From Macrostomum lignano (Eukaryota), in the NCBI GenBank assembly GCA_002269645.1, contig NIVC01000929.1, forward strand, positions 1 to 64,000: a stretch of DNA of 64,000 bases. The letters are read 5' to 3'. The number at the start of each line of letters is the position of its first letter. Position 1 is the stretch's first letter. Shown piece after piece: positions 1-11,929 of this stretch. Under the pieces are notes generated by a model. It worked only from the letters and a program-made list of their open reading frames with translations. It was not told the DNA's origin and made no database searches. A program made the translations under genes and the position numbers.

Positions 1-2156
1 GCAGTCAATTCCTCGACAAATTTGCGCCCCACTCCAGCTTGAATAAAACCAAAACCAAGGTGATGGACAAGGTGTACGCATTCATGAAGTCACTTCTCCA
101 CTTGGAAGAGAGCAGGAGGCATTTCACTGAATTAAAGGATATTCCATGTATTCTTGCTGATGAATTTCAAAGATTAGTTAAGCCAATGCAAATTACGCTG
201 GCTGAGAGCAGCGACGCAATCCCGCCGTTTCTTTTTGCTTGTCCATTTCGATTCCAAAAGCATGGAGAGGTCTTTAGCCGACTTGGGGTATCGCATCAGC
301 TGACTGTCCAGCATGCGGCCATGGTGCTTGAACAGATTAAGCTTGAACAGACAAAAAGTTGCTATTCGCAAAGCTCAATCTAGAATTGACCACCCGAGGT
401 ATTCACTTGTTGCTAAAGATGCTTGAGCAGTCGCACACCCTACCCGCTGCAATTAGCTTATATCTTCCCACATCAGCGGATGATTCCAGAGGCTACCAGC
501 TTGTTGACGCTCGCAATTTGGTAATCAATGATGTGGAGGAATATTTTAAACGCTTGAAGGATTCAAAGACGATGAACGTACAATTCCTCGATCTAGAATT
601 CTGTAAGATCAGTTCCGACCAGCGGAAACTGTTGGAGAAACGTCTAAGCGAGGATTTAAAAGTCCCTAAGCTTTCTTTGTTGGTCAGCGAGGAAATGGAA
701 GAAAGTCCAAAGTGTTTACACAGTAAGAATGGATGCTTCACTTGTACCTACATATCTGACAAGTTCGGCAGCAGCGAGTTTCGCAAAGGATTAACCAGTG
801 TTATAGTGCATGGAATGACAACAAGGGAAGATGAAAAGACGTTTGCCACCATCGGTAGCCTGTTTGATACGTTGCAAATTGACTGCAGGCAACAGCTGCA
901 CACGGTGCTGCTCATACAAGGGAAACGGATTAGCGAATCTAAAAGAGAAAAGAGTTTTGTTTTCAAAGAGATGTCCTTTACGCGAAATATTTCAATGAGC
1001 TGCCAGTTTCTGACGACCTGGATTTTAAGAACTGTGAGTTGTCGGGAGCGGCTCTGAGTCTTCTGAGACCCAAGTTTCACATTGATGCATGCCATTATAA
1101 CGCAATTGAAGATTTAGTACGTCTTAAAAGCTACGATAACGTTGCTAAAATATTAGAGAAGCACAACATTCGCGCCGTTAGCTTTCATGTCACCGCTGAA
1201 GCATGCGATGTGCAAAGAGAAGACAGTCACAGGCAATCAGAAACAACTGTGCTGCGTAAAAAACTTGCGAACTCAATAGTAGCTTCCACTGAACTGGCCG
1301 TGTCAATTGACAGCCGAGATCTGGAATCTCAGTCACTCAGTGCCTGTAGCCAGGAACCTTCATACTCCCATTTGGGTTCACGCCACAACCTGCGGCGTCG
1401 AACACGAGACGTCAAAGAGTCGGAAATGCTGAGTAACGAGTTGAGTACGCAATGCGACGCTTCAAATGAATTTCTCTCACCTCGACAACGGACTGGACAA
1501 CAAAAAGCAAGGCGTGGTCGAAGTCGAACTGCTGGTAGTTCTACTGGCGCTGAGCTGGAAGACTGGTCCGGCCTTCAACTTCAACAGCTGAACAGTCTCC
1601 CTTCGGATGACGAATGGGGAAACTCAGCCGTAGCACTTCAAAAACTCGGCGCAGCAGGCGCTCTCTGCGTTCCAGCAGTCGAGGGCGCGAGAATTACGGC
1701 GTCTTTGGCGGTGCCGTGTTCGGCGGCAGCACTGCTGATCTTTCCGATCACATTGCTCCCTCACCCGGCGCAGCTCGGCGCTATCTGCAAACGGCCCAGC
1801 TCGACGCTGAGGTTTCAGCGGCGGCAGCCACCAGAGACTACTGTGACTGCTGGGCCTGCTACCAGAGCTGGCAGGCGGCGGAGAAGGCGCTGACTGCCAT
1901 TCTGCTGGCCCACGGCAGGCCGGCCGCCCGCAGTCACAGTCTTGTCAGTCACCTGGAGCTGATTGACGAGCCTCTGCAGGAATGCCTGAAGCCGTTGGTT
2001 GACAGGCTGTGCAGAGTGCTGAACCGCGACCCGAGGTATCCACAGAACGGCATGACGCCGTATGAAGCGTTCAAGCAAAACGACGCCCAAGAGGCAAGCA
2101 AAGCAGCTGCAAGCATTGTAAGATTGGCCGAAACAGAGATAAGGAAGCTATTATAG
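1..2156 (+). pseudogene. SACS: Sacsin-like gene, C-terminal part (window starts mid-gene), broken by about three frameshifts, ending in a HEPN domain
   Basis: Consecutive ORFs 39-383, 359-1057, 1039-1893 and 1614-2156 give colinear sacsin-like motifs when compared from memory: FLFACPFRFQKHGEVFSRLGV, LYLP...LVDARNLVINDVEEY, LSLLVSEEMEESPKC, SSEFRKGL, LHTVLLIQG. No intron signals explain the frame changes near 355, 950-975 and 1600-1700. Confidence 0.8.
1770..2156 (+). other. HEPN domain (PF05168-type) at the end of the sacsin-like gene
   Basis: ARRYLQTAQLD...WACYQSWQAAEKALTAIL...SHSLVSHL...PRYP...F...A, followed by stop TAG at 2154-2156. Confidence 0.85.
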
Positions 2157-3312
2157 ATTTAGACTCTTTAAATTATTTTTTTCATAGAACTTTTTCATAG
2201 CTTTGCTTGTGGGCTAATTGGTAAATCATCTTTTGAATTTTTAGAGGTAGTATCAATATTGTTGGGAATGAAAACGGAAATATTATAGTAATCTTAAATT
2301 TATGTTCATTTGAGAAAGTAGCAACAAATTTTATAGCAGAAGTGGCTAAAATATAACGCAATTCATACTGCTTTAAGTAGTGATTTTCTAACAAAGTAGT
2401 AACAACAGTTTACACTGGTGCATTGTTGGTTATCGATTTGCCATTTTCTTGTTTAAAAAACAAGTCAACCCAAATTTCTTACTCATGTTTTGCTCATTCA
2501 ACCCAGAGGTCGTGTTTTTTTCTCATAGCTTTATCGATTTTTTCGGTCCCATCACGTGTGGCTTTTTAAGTACGGTTCGTGGTGAATGAAAATTGCGGTT
2601 CCGGTTGCACCAACTCATGAAAATTTAAATCCCTAGAAGCTCTAGTTTTTCACCTAAGAGAGTAATAGAAATAGGTGAGTTGTTTTTGTTTATTTAACCA
2701 TTTTTGTGTAGTAAAGTGCGGTTGATTGAAGTTTTTAATTCTTATTCACCTGTTTTTCATTCATAATCAATTTTTTAACCCAGACCTAGGAGCTTGAGGC
2801 GGCTCATTTTTTCACAGTTCATGGTATAAAATTTACAAATTTGTCCTAATCAGTCCTTTGGTTCCTTACTTCTTCCTCTATAATCGTTACTTTAAGCTTT
2901 TATTTGAAGTAACCTGTTGTCGGATTTTCATCCTCCAAATATTTGTACTTTCTATTACCTTGTACTTTTCAGTTAGCCGTCTCCCTTTGTCTAACTTGCC
3001 TTTTCCACAGACTATCGTAACCGTTCATTTACCACAGGCAATTTGGCTGGCCTGTTCATCATTGTTAGTATAAATACAACTTCAATCCGCGGCTTGGCCC
3101 CTCACTTCTTTCCCCTCTCTTCCTTTCTGCACCACTTATATCTCGTTCTATTAGTTTATTGTCTATTCGACACCTGTGCTGTCTCAGTCCAAAGCCTGGT
3201 TGAGTTAAAAAAATTATACCAGCGTACATAGTCGCAGTAAATGACAATCATTCCGGAAATTTTATTTTCTATAGGTTTCGGAAAAGTTACTATCTGTATG
3301 GATGAGTTACCC

Positions 3313-3530
3313 CAGTAGGGGGTTGTAGCCTAGTAGGGGGTTGTAGCCTAGTAGGGGGTTGTAGCCTAGTAGGGGGTTGTAGCCTAGTAGGGGGTTGTAG
3401 CCTAGTAGGGGTTGTAGCCTAGTAGGGGGTTGTAGCCTAGTAGGGGGTTGTAGCCTAGTAGGGGGTTGTAGCCTAGTAGGGGGTTGTAGCCTAGTAGGGG
3501 GTTGTAGCCTAGTAGGGGGTTTTAGCCTAG
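3313..3530. repeat. 18-bp tandem array (TAGTAGGGGGTTGTAGCC, about 12 copies) running into the SINE head
   Basis: Read directly; the last unit becomes TAGCCTAGTGG, the A-box. Confidence 0.95.
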
Positions 3531-3820
3531 TGGTTAGAGCGTCGGACTTACGACTTGAAGGTCGGGAGTTCGATTCCCGATCCCACTGAAACTGTCCTTG
3601 AGCAAGAAACTTAACACTGCATTGCTTCAGTTCACCCAGCTGTAAAATGGGTGCCAACATTAGCTGGGGTAATTGAGGGCGTGTGTGGCGACCCCCCCCC
3701 CAGTCCTTGGACTGAACAGCCGTACGCAGCCTTCAGATGCGCCGCGCAATAGCTGCGGCTGAGCTGTCGGTTGCGCATCTGCCCAATTGGGGCGGGTGTA
3801 AGCAATTGTTATTATTATTT
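3515..3820 (+). mobile_element. tRNA-derived SINE with a CORE-like central domain
   Basis: A-box TAGCCTAGTGG and B-box GGAGTTCGATTCCC, then GTCCTTGAGCAAGAAACTTAAC...CAGTT...CTGTAAAATGGG (resembles the MIR/CORE consensus), ending in an (ATT)n tail near 3811-3819. Confidence 0.8.
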
Positions 3821-6800
3821 TATGGATGAAGGTACTTCGTATATGCATGCTTTTACTGTATTTTTCAACGCAGGAAAGCTGAAGTTTTTCTTCTGTATTT
3901 TCATAGTTACTCACATAAATAATCCTGAAGAAGTCGCCAATGTAATCGGTTTTATTTGTGTTCTCGATCAATTCGAACCTTGGGGATTTGCTGTTACAGA
4001 GAATTATTTTCTTTTTATTAATCTTTTAATCTCCTACTACAAAAAATGTTCGGTTTGTTGAGTGTGTCGAATTATCAATGCGTGTGCTTTGAGTCTATAA
4101 CACACGGATCCACGAAGCTCTACTCTTGATTTTGTTCAAGTTTCTTGACTGAATAGAGTAGGAGCAACCATTCAGAGATATTCTTCAAATTGCCTCACCT
4201 CACAAAACACGGAAGCCTAATGGCGTGTATATTTCGTATTTAATTATAAGCCGCCACTAAGTGTAAAACTTTGCCTCCCAGTTTGAGCTTTTCGGCAAAG
4301 TCCTTGAACAGCTTCACGATCTCTGACTGCAGATCAAGCTTTTCAAAATTGAAATCGTGACTATTGTAGCCTCTGAGTTCAATGGAGTACACTTTCTTGC
4401 AACTTCTCACAACCCAGGCGATCTTCTCGCGTGCTTTCTGCACAATGCGTCCATTGGGGGCTGCAACAAAGCGAAGACATCGGCGAACATGATTACCAGC
4501 AAATTTTTCTATCTACTGCAATGAAGAACTGGTTTTAGGCACGGGCATGCGACTCTGATTATTTAAATCTATCTGTGCTTTTCACCTTCAAACGTTCCTT
4601 GTGGCGCTGCAGCCAAAATTAAATTGCTTTCTGTTTTCAGCTGGCGTGGCGTAATAGCTCGTATATGTAGTTGAAATTTATCTCTTTTGCATGCTCGAGG
4701 ATTGCTGGCCCAGCTGCTGCTGCTGCTGCTGCTGTATATAGCAACTCAGCTACAAAGTGTTAGCAGAGCGTGGGCCAGAGCCCCATGCTCTGGTTTGTGG
4801 GGCATCATGTCAGCACGACACGGCTTTGCACAGTCAGCCGTCTAGCCATAGGCGACATCGCGATCGCAGGCTGGATCAACAGCCGGTTCAACTAGCCGTC
4901 AAATTCGGCTTTTGAACAGCACCACATCGCACAGCTGCATCCTTCCAGCTGAACACTCATCGTTGACGATGCGCCTTTCAGTTCATCTTTCCATCTTCAT
5001 ATACCATTAGATGCACGTTCTTCACAATTTTCCTTTGCGGTTTCGCACCAGCACAACTGGTTGCCACCCCGCCAACCGATCCCGGACTCGTGATTAACCC
5101 GCTCACCGCTGCCGCACGCCCAACACCACCACCGCTGGAGCCGACTTCCTACGAGGTATAAGTACGCTGTCTCCTGACCTGGTTGCATGACACCCGGCTC
5201 TGGCACCGACGCGTCACATCGGCCCAGCTTTGTGCAGCGTACACCGCTCTATCGAAGCCATTATACATCATGACACGTAATTCACCTGGTGAAGAAGCGC
5301 GAACTGATGCGAGCTCCTCATAATATTGCAATTCATTTAGCGATTCAATTTACTAACTTAGACAGGCTCTTTGAACCTTTATCGTTTTTATACAGTTTAC
5401 AATCTTAAAAAAACAAAGCACGATCTGTCAATTCGTTTCTGGAAGGGGAGTATCTTGTAGCAGTTAGTACATGTACATTCGTTGTCGTTGTACTTTTCCC
5501 TTTGTTGACTTCCCCATCAACCATAGACAACACTGTTGGCTGCGGAGGAAGCCCTAAGCACAAGATGAGAAATATACTCGCCCAGAGGTGGCTGCTACAC
5601 ATTTAGAGATGTTACATGTAGAGCTTTTTAGAGCCGGTCCCACGTCTGGGCGCGACATCCGGATGGTCCCCGATCAGACTGACAGATCTGTCTGGATCTC
5701 CGTAAATCATCTTTGATCGCACACAGTGGTTGCACAAAACCTACGAGTCTGGCAGCATCTCACCTTGAGCCTCTCAATGTAGTTTAGCAGCAGTTTGCGG
5801 ACCGTGTCTAACACTGACAGAGCAGCCATCACACCTTATATCTAATCTGCATTAGACAGATAGACAGACCCATTCTTTCTCGCATAGAGATCATCTGGTC
5901 CAGATTCCGATAGTTTCGAATCCCCCGGATCCTAATGGGTCTTTAATCCTAAAGCCACTCCCTCCAACCATTGATGACATTCTTATTAGTTCTTGTGGTT
6001 TAAATTCGTTAAGCCGTTTAATTTTTCCACCTTAAATTTAACCTCGACTGAGTTTGCGGAAAGGATTCATACTACTGTAAAACTAGCAGGTGCGTACTAC
6101 TTAGAGTAGCATTTTCGCTGGGTCGTGGCACAGACTGGTGGTCGGTGAAAAATATTCGGAGGGCGACATCGTGCGACAACCAGCGCTGATGCGATTCTGC
6201 CCCATTCCGCCGACTTTTGAGAGCATGCAAAAACGCTCGAATGCTGTAAGTGCAGTCACGCACACATACACGAGCTCATACAGTGTGTTCAGCGGCCTTG
6301 ATTTCGAATTTTAAGACATGTACTTGCCCGACATTCTCTCTGTGCCTTGGGTGTTGGCCCTCATAGGTGTAAATCGCAAGGACCGCTAGAAGAACTTATC
6401 TAGTGGTCCTTGGTAAATCGCATGATAACTCTCGGCCAATTCTTGTGCAAACAAGCCCGAATTGCTCATAGATTAATGTGGCACAGAATCGAGCCAAGGA
6501 CTACTAGACTAGAAGTGTTCCTAGTGGTCCTTAAATCGAACCAGGAGTCACGTTTACCGCTAAGCTGCCCTGCCCTTCTCCCGGATAGGCGGTTGATATT
6601 TCCCATTCATTTCTTTCGGCAATGTCAAGTTGTAGCGAAAAGTCACATGCTCGAAAGCCCAGCGTGATTCATCGTTGGCACCATTAGCATACAGGGCGGG
6701 CGCTGCAATGCCCAGAGTGTTAGTGCTCTACGGGCTGTGGTGCCTTTGGTGCTGATTTCTATTGCTCTAGATAGAAAGAACTAAACAATCAATTCATAAT

Positions 6801-9800
6801 CCCGATTGTTTAAATTTAGCTCTGTGTATCATCTAAAATTGATCAGTATAATGTGCGCAATGAATTATGTGATAGTTTAGAATAGCATTTTAGAATTGCC
6901 CCAGCCAAGCCAGGCACTGAGAGGCCCGTGCGATGTCGCATATTTACGCTGCGATGAGCCCGATAGCGAGACGAAAATCTCTGCGCCCTTGCAAATGCGG
7001 ACAGAAAAATATCTGAATATGGTGAGACTGAATGATCCTGAGGTGATGAGGCGAGCTGGGCGTCTTCTGCCTTCCCAGCTTCCCTCATCCTACCGCTGAC
7101 GCTTGGCTTAGCAGAGGAGTGCAGCCGCGGGAAGGAAGATCCAGATAAAAGGCACAGCGAGCGCTGGATGATTCTGAGCAGCCTCTCCGCTGCATCAATC
7201 AGCTATGAGCAGCAGCCACAGTCATAGGAGTCCCGCGGGAGAGCCGGGGGCAACGGCCACGGGATGAATGAATAATCACTTCAGGTAAAAATAGACAGCT
7301 CTCATGACTGCCCGGTCTCTTCCTCCTGACTGTCATGCAACTCCACTTGGGACTTCTCGGTATCTACTCAGCTGGTAAATAATGCACTGGAGAGGCCGAG
7401 CTCATCTTGAGCAGCATTCTTGTGGCTCGCGTCTAGTTTATAGTGAAATTTAGAATTAGAAAATCAACTGCTCAATTTTTTGCTCACTGACACTCTTCTT
7501 CCCATCTCTACCCGCTTCGCCCGCTTGCGCCATCAGGAGTCTTGGGAGAAGTTTTTCAACTAGTTTTTTGTTTGGCCATCAATAATTTTAAAAAGGCACC
7601 TTAAAATTTCGGAACCAGTGACTACTTGGCACCTCGGTTTCTAAATCATCCAATTGGTCTAGGCTTTCAAATCTGTGAAAAGTCGACGAGAACAAACGTT
7701 GAACCAAGGACCACTGAGAAGTCACTTCTTCTTAAGTAGTCCTTGCGTTGAACGAGAAAGACTTGAGATCAGGAGACTCAGACACCTTTTTTAACGGCGG
7801 CATTGACATTGAGTTTGCTTGGGTTTGTTAATTTCAGTTGCAAAAAAAGCCCGGAGTTCAGACTAAGCATCAGTATCAGCGCTTTACAAGCTCTCAAATG
7901 CGCGGTTGACTGCAAAAGTACATCCTCAACTTTCGAGCGGATTGTCTGAATTTTAATTTTTAGCGCATCTCCTTCCACCCGCGGAGGCTGTCAGGCAGAC
8001 CCGTCATTGGCCCGGACAGCTGATTGGAGCCCCGGCTCAGAGCGGTAAGCTAATTAATAATATAAGGGAATCCCTGAGATGTGCACCGATGAATGCAGTT
8101 CAGGCATTGCATACGAAATCCTTGCGCACTGTCTGAAGCAGTCGGAGCCAAGTCTTGGTCACGCAATAAAACCAGGAAAAGAGCTGAGTTTGTCTGGGTA
8201 AGCCAAGCCACTATTACACACGCTCATCTGCAGTGTCTCCCAGCTGTGCCAACACGCCATCTCCCTTTCCCCACTAACTGCAGTTGAGTTTACTTGCAAT
8301 TAACAAGGCTGTTAAATGCGAACAGATTTTCTAAGAATCAGAACAGATGCAAAATGCAGAATCGCTTTATACTTTATAATTTTTTATAACAGGAAAAGTG
8401 CAGTACTTTGATTTGCAGTTCTCCAACGATATGTATCAGAAGTAACCCTTGAACGAACCTCGTAAGACTTTGAGTTTTCGTCCTACCGGTAGTTGGTCCG
8501 CTTTTAAGTCGATCCGCAGCCAGCAGGCCCGTTATGCCCTTCTCTTTGACCCCTGAGAATATGCAAAACGGATGTAAACTTGAGCTCCGGAATGCGGCCC
8601 AGAGCTGCAATCGATAACTCACCGGACCGGTCGGTCAGAGATGCCGAGACATCTCATCCGCGTCCCTCCCTTGGGCTATCAGAGGGGGGGGTAAGGAGAC
8701 TAAAATTGGGATTTCATATCAATTTATGGCTCTAGAATAGAGCCGAAAATAAAGCCAACTGGTCTGACAAGGACTTTATTAGCATTTCTTCGGCTGCATT
8801 CCGGTGCTTTAGTTGACACACTACCACCGGGCTAGCTCCTATACAGCCCCAACCATGAGCCCTAACGTCTTGCTGTCCTAGTTTAAGGAAAGGAAATAAG
8901 GCTGGTATGATATTTGGGTCAGCAAGTTAAAAGTACAAGAGATAAGTTTTAGTGCGAGTTTTCGCTAGCTAGTGACTGGCAGCAGAGTCTGCGGGGGAAG
9001 AGAGTAGCTCGTATTTGACGACTCAAGAAAGTTTAAAATGTCGGAAAAGTTTGCGGGGTTAGAAAATGACTTCAAGGGATCGAAGGGAAAGCCAGTTGAG
9101 ACGGAACTGTAGCTCAGCAGATACCGGCCAAGTGTACATAAAATGCTGCAGCTGCAGACGCGCTCGCACCCGGATTCAATTATTGCAGACATGGGCGACA
9201 GCTTTGAAGAGGACTCGGTCGCCGCTTCTGCTGAAAGGTTCGTGCATCTCTCTTAATCTTCCCTGTTGATTGAAGTAACTGCCTTATTTAAATGAAAATT
9301 TAAATAAATGCTGCCTTTGGAGAATGTTAATTACATTATGAGTGTAAATAACATTCTCCAAAGCATATATTATACCATTTAGCAGAATTTCTATGGTAAT
9401 TTTGTAACGAAAGGGACTTCGAGTTTGGTAAGTGAAATTCTTCAGCCTCCAGCATCCAGGTCATGTGTACGAATCTGACCTCTTGTGTCACGTCACTATT
9501 CCAATCTCCATGAAGTGGTCGTACATTGTTAAACTTAATGCACAAAGCAGGAAAATCTGCAACAAGCTTTTGCTGCATTTCTTTGAGGGTCAGAGCCGGC
9601 TTCGCACCCGAGCATCTCATCAGAAAACTTTGGTCTCACAGCACCTCCACGCGCGCTAAGACCAATCTTACCCTCTTCAACACACGAGTATCTCCCGATG
9701 ATGTCATTGACAGTTGTCCTTTTGATGTCCAGTTCAATTGCGAGTTGAAAACATCGCACAAGTCTGGAGCGACCCAACACGCAAATTCTCAAATTCTCAA

Positions 9801-10704
9801 ATTCTCAAAGATTTCAAGAAACTGGGAAACTTTTCAACAGCCTCACCATCTTACCTTTAAGTTTACCATAGCCCCCTTATTTTCTTGCCGTAGGAAAAGC
9901 AAAGAAATTTTCTGATCAGGCTGCATTTACACAGACGATTTTCCGTTATTTAGACAAATTCGAAGTTATTTTCTCTGCAGAAAATTACAGAATTAGACAT
10001 TCATTCTCCTCCCCTTGAACGCTATATAGTTTTGCAAACGTTGACGAAGTTGAACTCACTTTTTACGAATCGGAAGTTGAAATGGTATATTATTATTATC
10101 AAACAGACGCGAGAACATACTAAATTCACTAGCCATACAACAAATATGCGTTCCTCACTAGAAGAAACTCGAGTGCAGCGTCCTACGAGCTACTTTAGTT
10201 GTCCATGGTTGATTTATGCACGTGTTGTATTATCCGCTGCCTTCCGGCCATACCGCAGCTCGTAGACGGGGTGATCGGGATTTGGGTACAGGAGTGCCCA
10301 GAGCTTGCCGAATGGAATAGAAAGGGTGAGCGGCGACCCCAGAGGCGTACAGACACTCCGGGACGGAAGTGAATGGACCGGGAGCGTACTGACACCCGTT
10401 AAAGCCCTAATAAAAGAGATGCGCGCGAATGATGAGACTGCCACTCGGCAGCGACAGAGAGAGAGGTGAACACTGCACTGGTCTGGAGGCGCACAGACAC
10501 TTCGCAGACTGAAGGCTTCGACGGGAAGAGAGAGGATGAGCAGGCTGCCACTCGCCTGCAATCCTGATGATAGACAATTAGAGGACAAAGTCAAAACAGG
10601 AAGAAAATGTAAAAAAAAAATCAGTAAAGATTCACTTCTATTTATCTTACCCACCGAGGTCACAGGCATGAAAAGCGACTTCAAGTGAAGTGAATTCGGC
10701 TAGG

Positions 10705-11070
10705 GTTGGGGGCTAAGCCTCGCAGGGCTGGGGTTGGGGCTAAGCCCCGCAGGGCTGGGGGTGGGGCTAAGCCACGCAGGGCTGGGGGTGGGGCTAAGCC
10801 ACGCAGGGCTGGGGGTGGGGCTAAGCCACGCAGGGCTGGGGGTGGGGCTAAGCCCCGCAGGGCTGGGGTTGGGGCTAAGCCCCGCAGGGCTGGGGGTGGG
10901 GCTAAGCCTTGCAGGGCTGGAAGTGGGGCTAAGCCACGCAGGGCTGGGGGTGGGGCTAAGCCCCGCAGGGCTGGGGGTGGGGCTAAGCCTTGCAGGGCTG
11001 GAAGTGGGGCTAAGCCACGCAGGGCTGGGGGTGGGGCTAAGCCCCGCAGGGCTGGGGGTAGGCCTAAGCC
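10705..11070. repeat. 27-bp G-rich minisatellite (TAAGCCCCGCAGGGCTGGGGGTGGGGC, about 13 copies)
   Basis: Read directly. Confidence 0.95.
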
Positions 11071-11929
11071 AGGAAATTCTTGTTTTGATGTGTCCAGATT
11101 TACCGAAAAATATTTAATTCCCCCTTTCTAGTTTCTAAATCATTTAAAATTATCAAGTACTTTAAATACTACTGACGAGTAGAACTCGTCGATTCTGCTA
11201 CAGTTTTTTCTAGAAATTTCGCCAGATTTGCCTTGACCAGTCTGCATATTTTTTCTCAATTTCCATTACAAGCCTCGTGGTAGGCGGGGGGACGAATTCG
11301 TGTTGACAGAAAAAAGCTGAAACGAACGAGACCAACATGAAACCAGGGATTTTGCATGCCTTTCCTGGGGAGAAACTGGATAGGAGGGAGTGTGGAAAAG
11401 ATTAAAATAACATTTCATGCAGTTTCTGCGTACCTCGGAGATTGCAACTCTAAGCCTGTTGGAAAAAGTGATTCTCAGCAGATGATGGAGCTTCTCTCCT
11501 CCCTCGGCCCTCTGCTCTATATTTTCATCACAACTCTCATTTCTCCAGCCATCTGTGATTGGCCAGGCCGTGAGCTCTTCTGGCCGAAAGCAGCTGCTGC
11601 TTGCATATACGCTCGTAGACAGAAAAGCGACTCAAATAGATGAGTAGGCAGTTTAGACTCTTTACCTTCTCTTCTCTGCTTTTCGTGACTTCCCCGACTC
11701 GTGCCGGTCCTACGCAGATTCGAACAGGGAAAAAATTGAAAAATAAGTTTGCTCAAACTGATGACCGACACAGCTGAGTCGCCCTCAACTTTTGGCGAGA
11801 GCGGGAACGGCCCGACAGGACGACCTCTCGAGAAGTAAGGCTGGAATGCCGGGCTCTGGGAGCACTGACTGCACCACCCTTCTTTTCCTTCACCACCTCT
11901 TTTGATGCAAATCCAATTTTTCATCCTTT

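Noticed and set aside
1770-2156. Prokaryotic HEPN-MNT toxin-antitoxin or bacterial contamination
   Set aside because: The HEPN is the end of a colinear sacsin-like sequence, there is no MNT gene, and the context is spliced eukaryotic DNA.
3515-3590. Functional tRNA gene
   Set aside because: The anticodon and acceptor stems pair poorly and the sequence continues into a CORE-like SINE body.
6000-10600. Scattered short ORFs and possible exons
   Set aside because: No recognisable motifs or consistent exon chain could be supported by eye.
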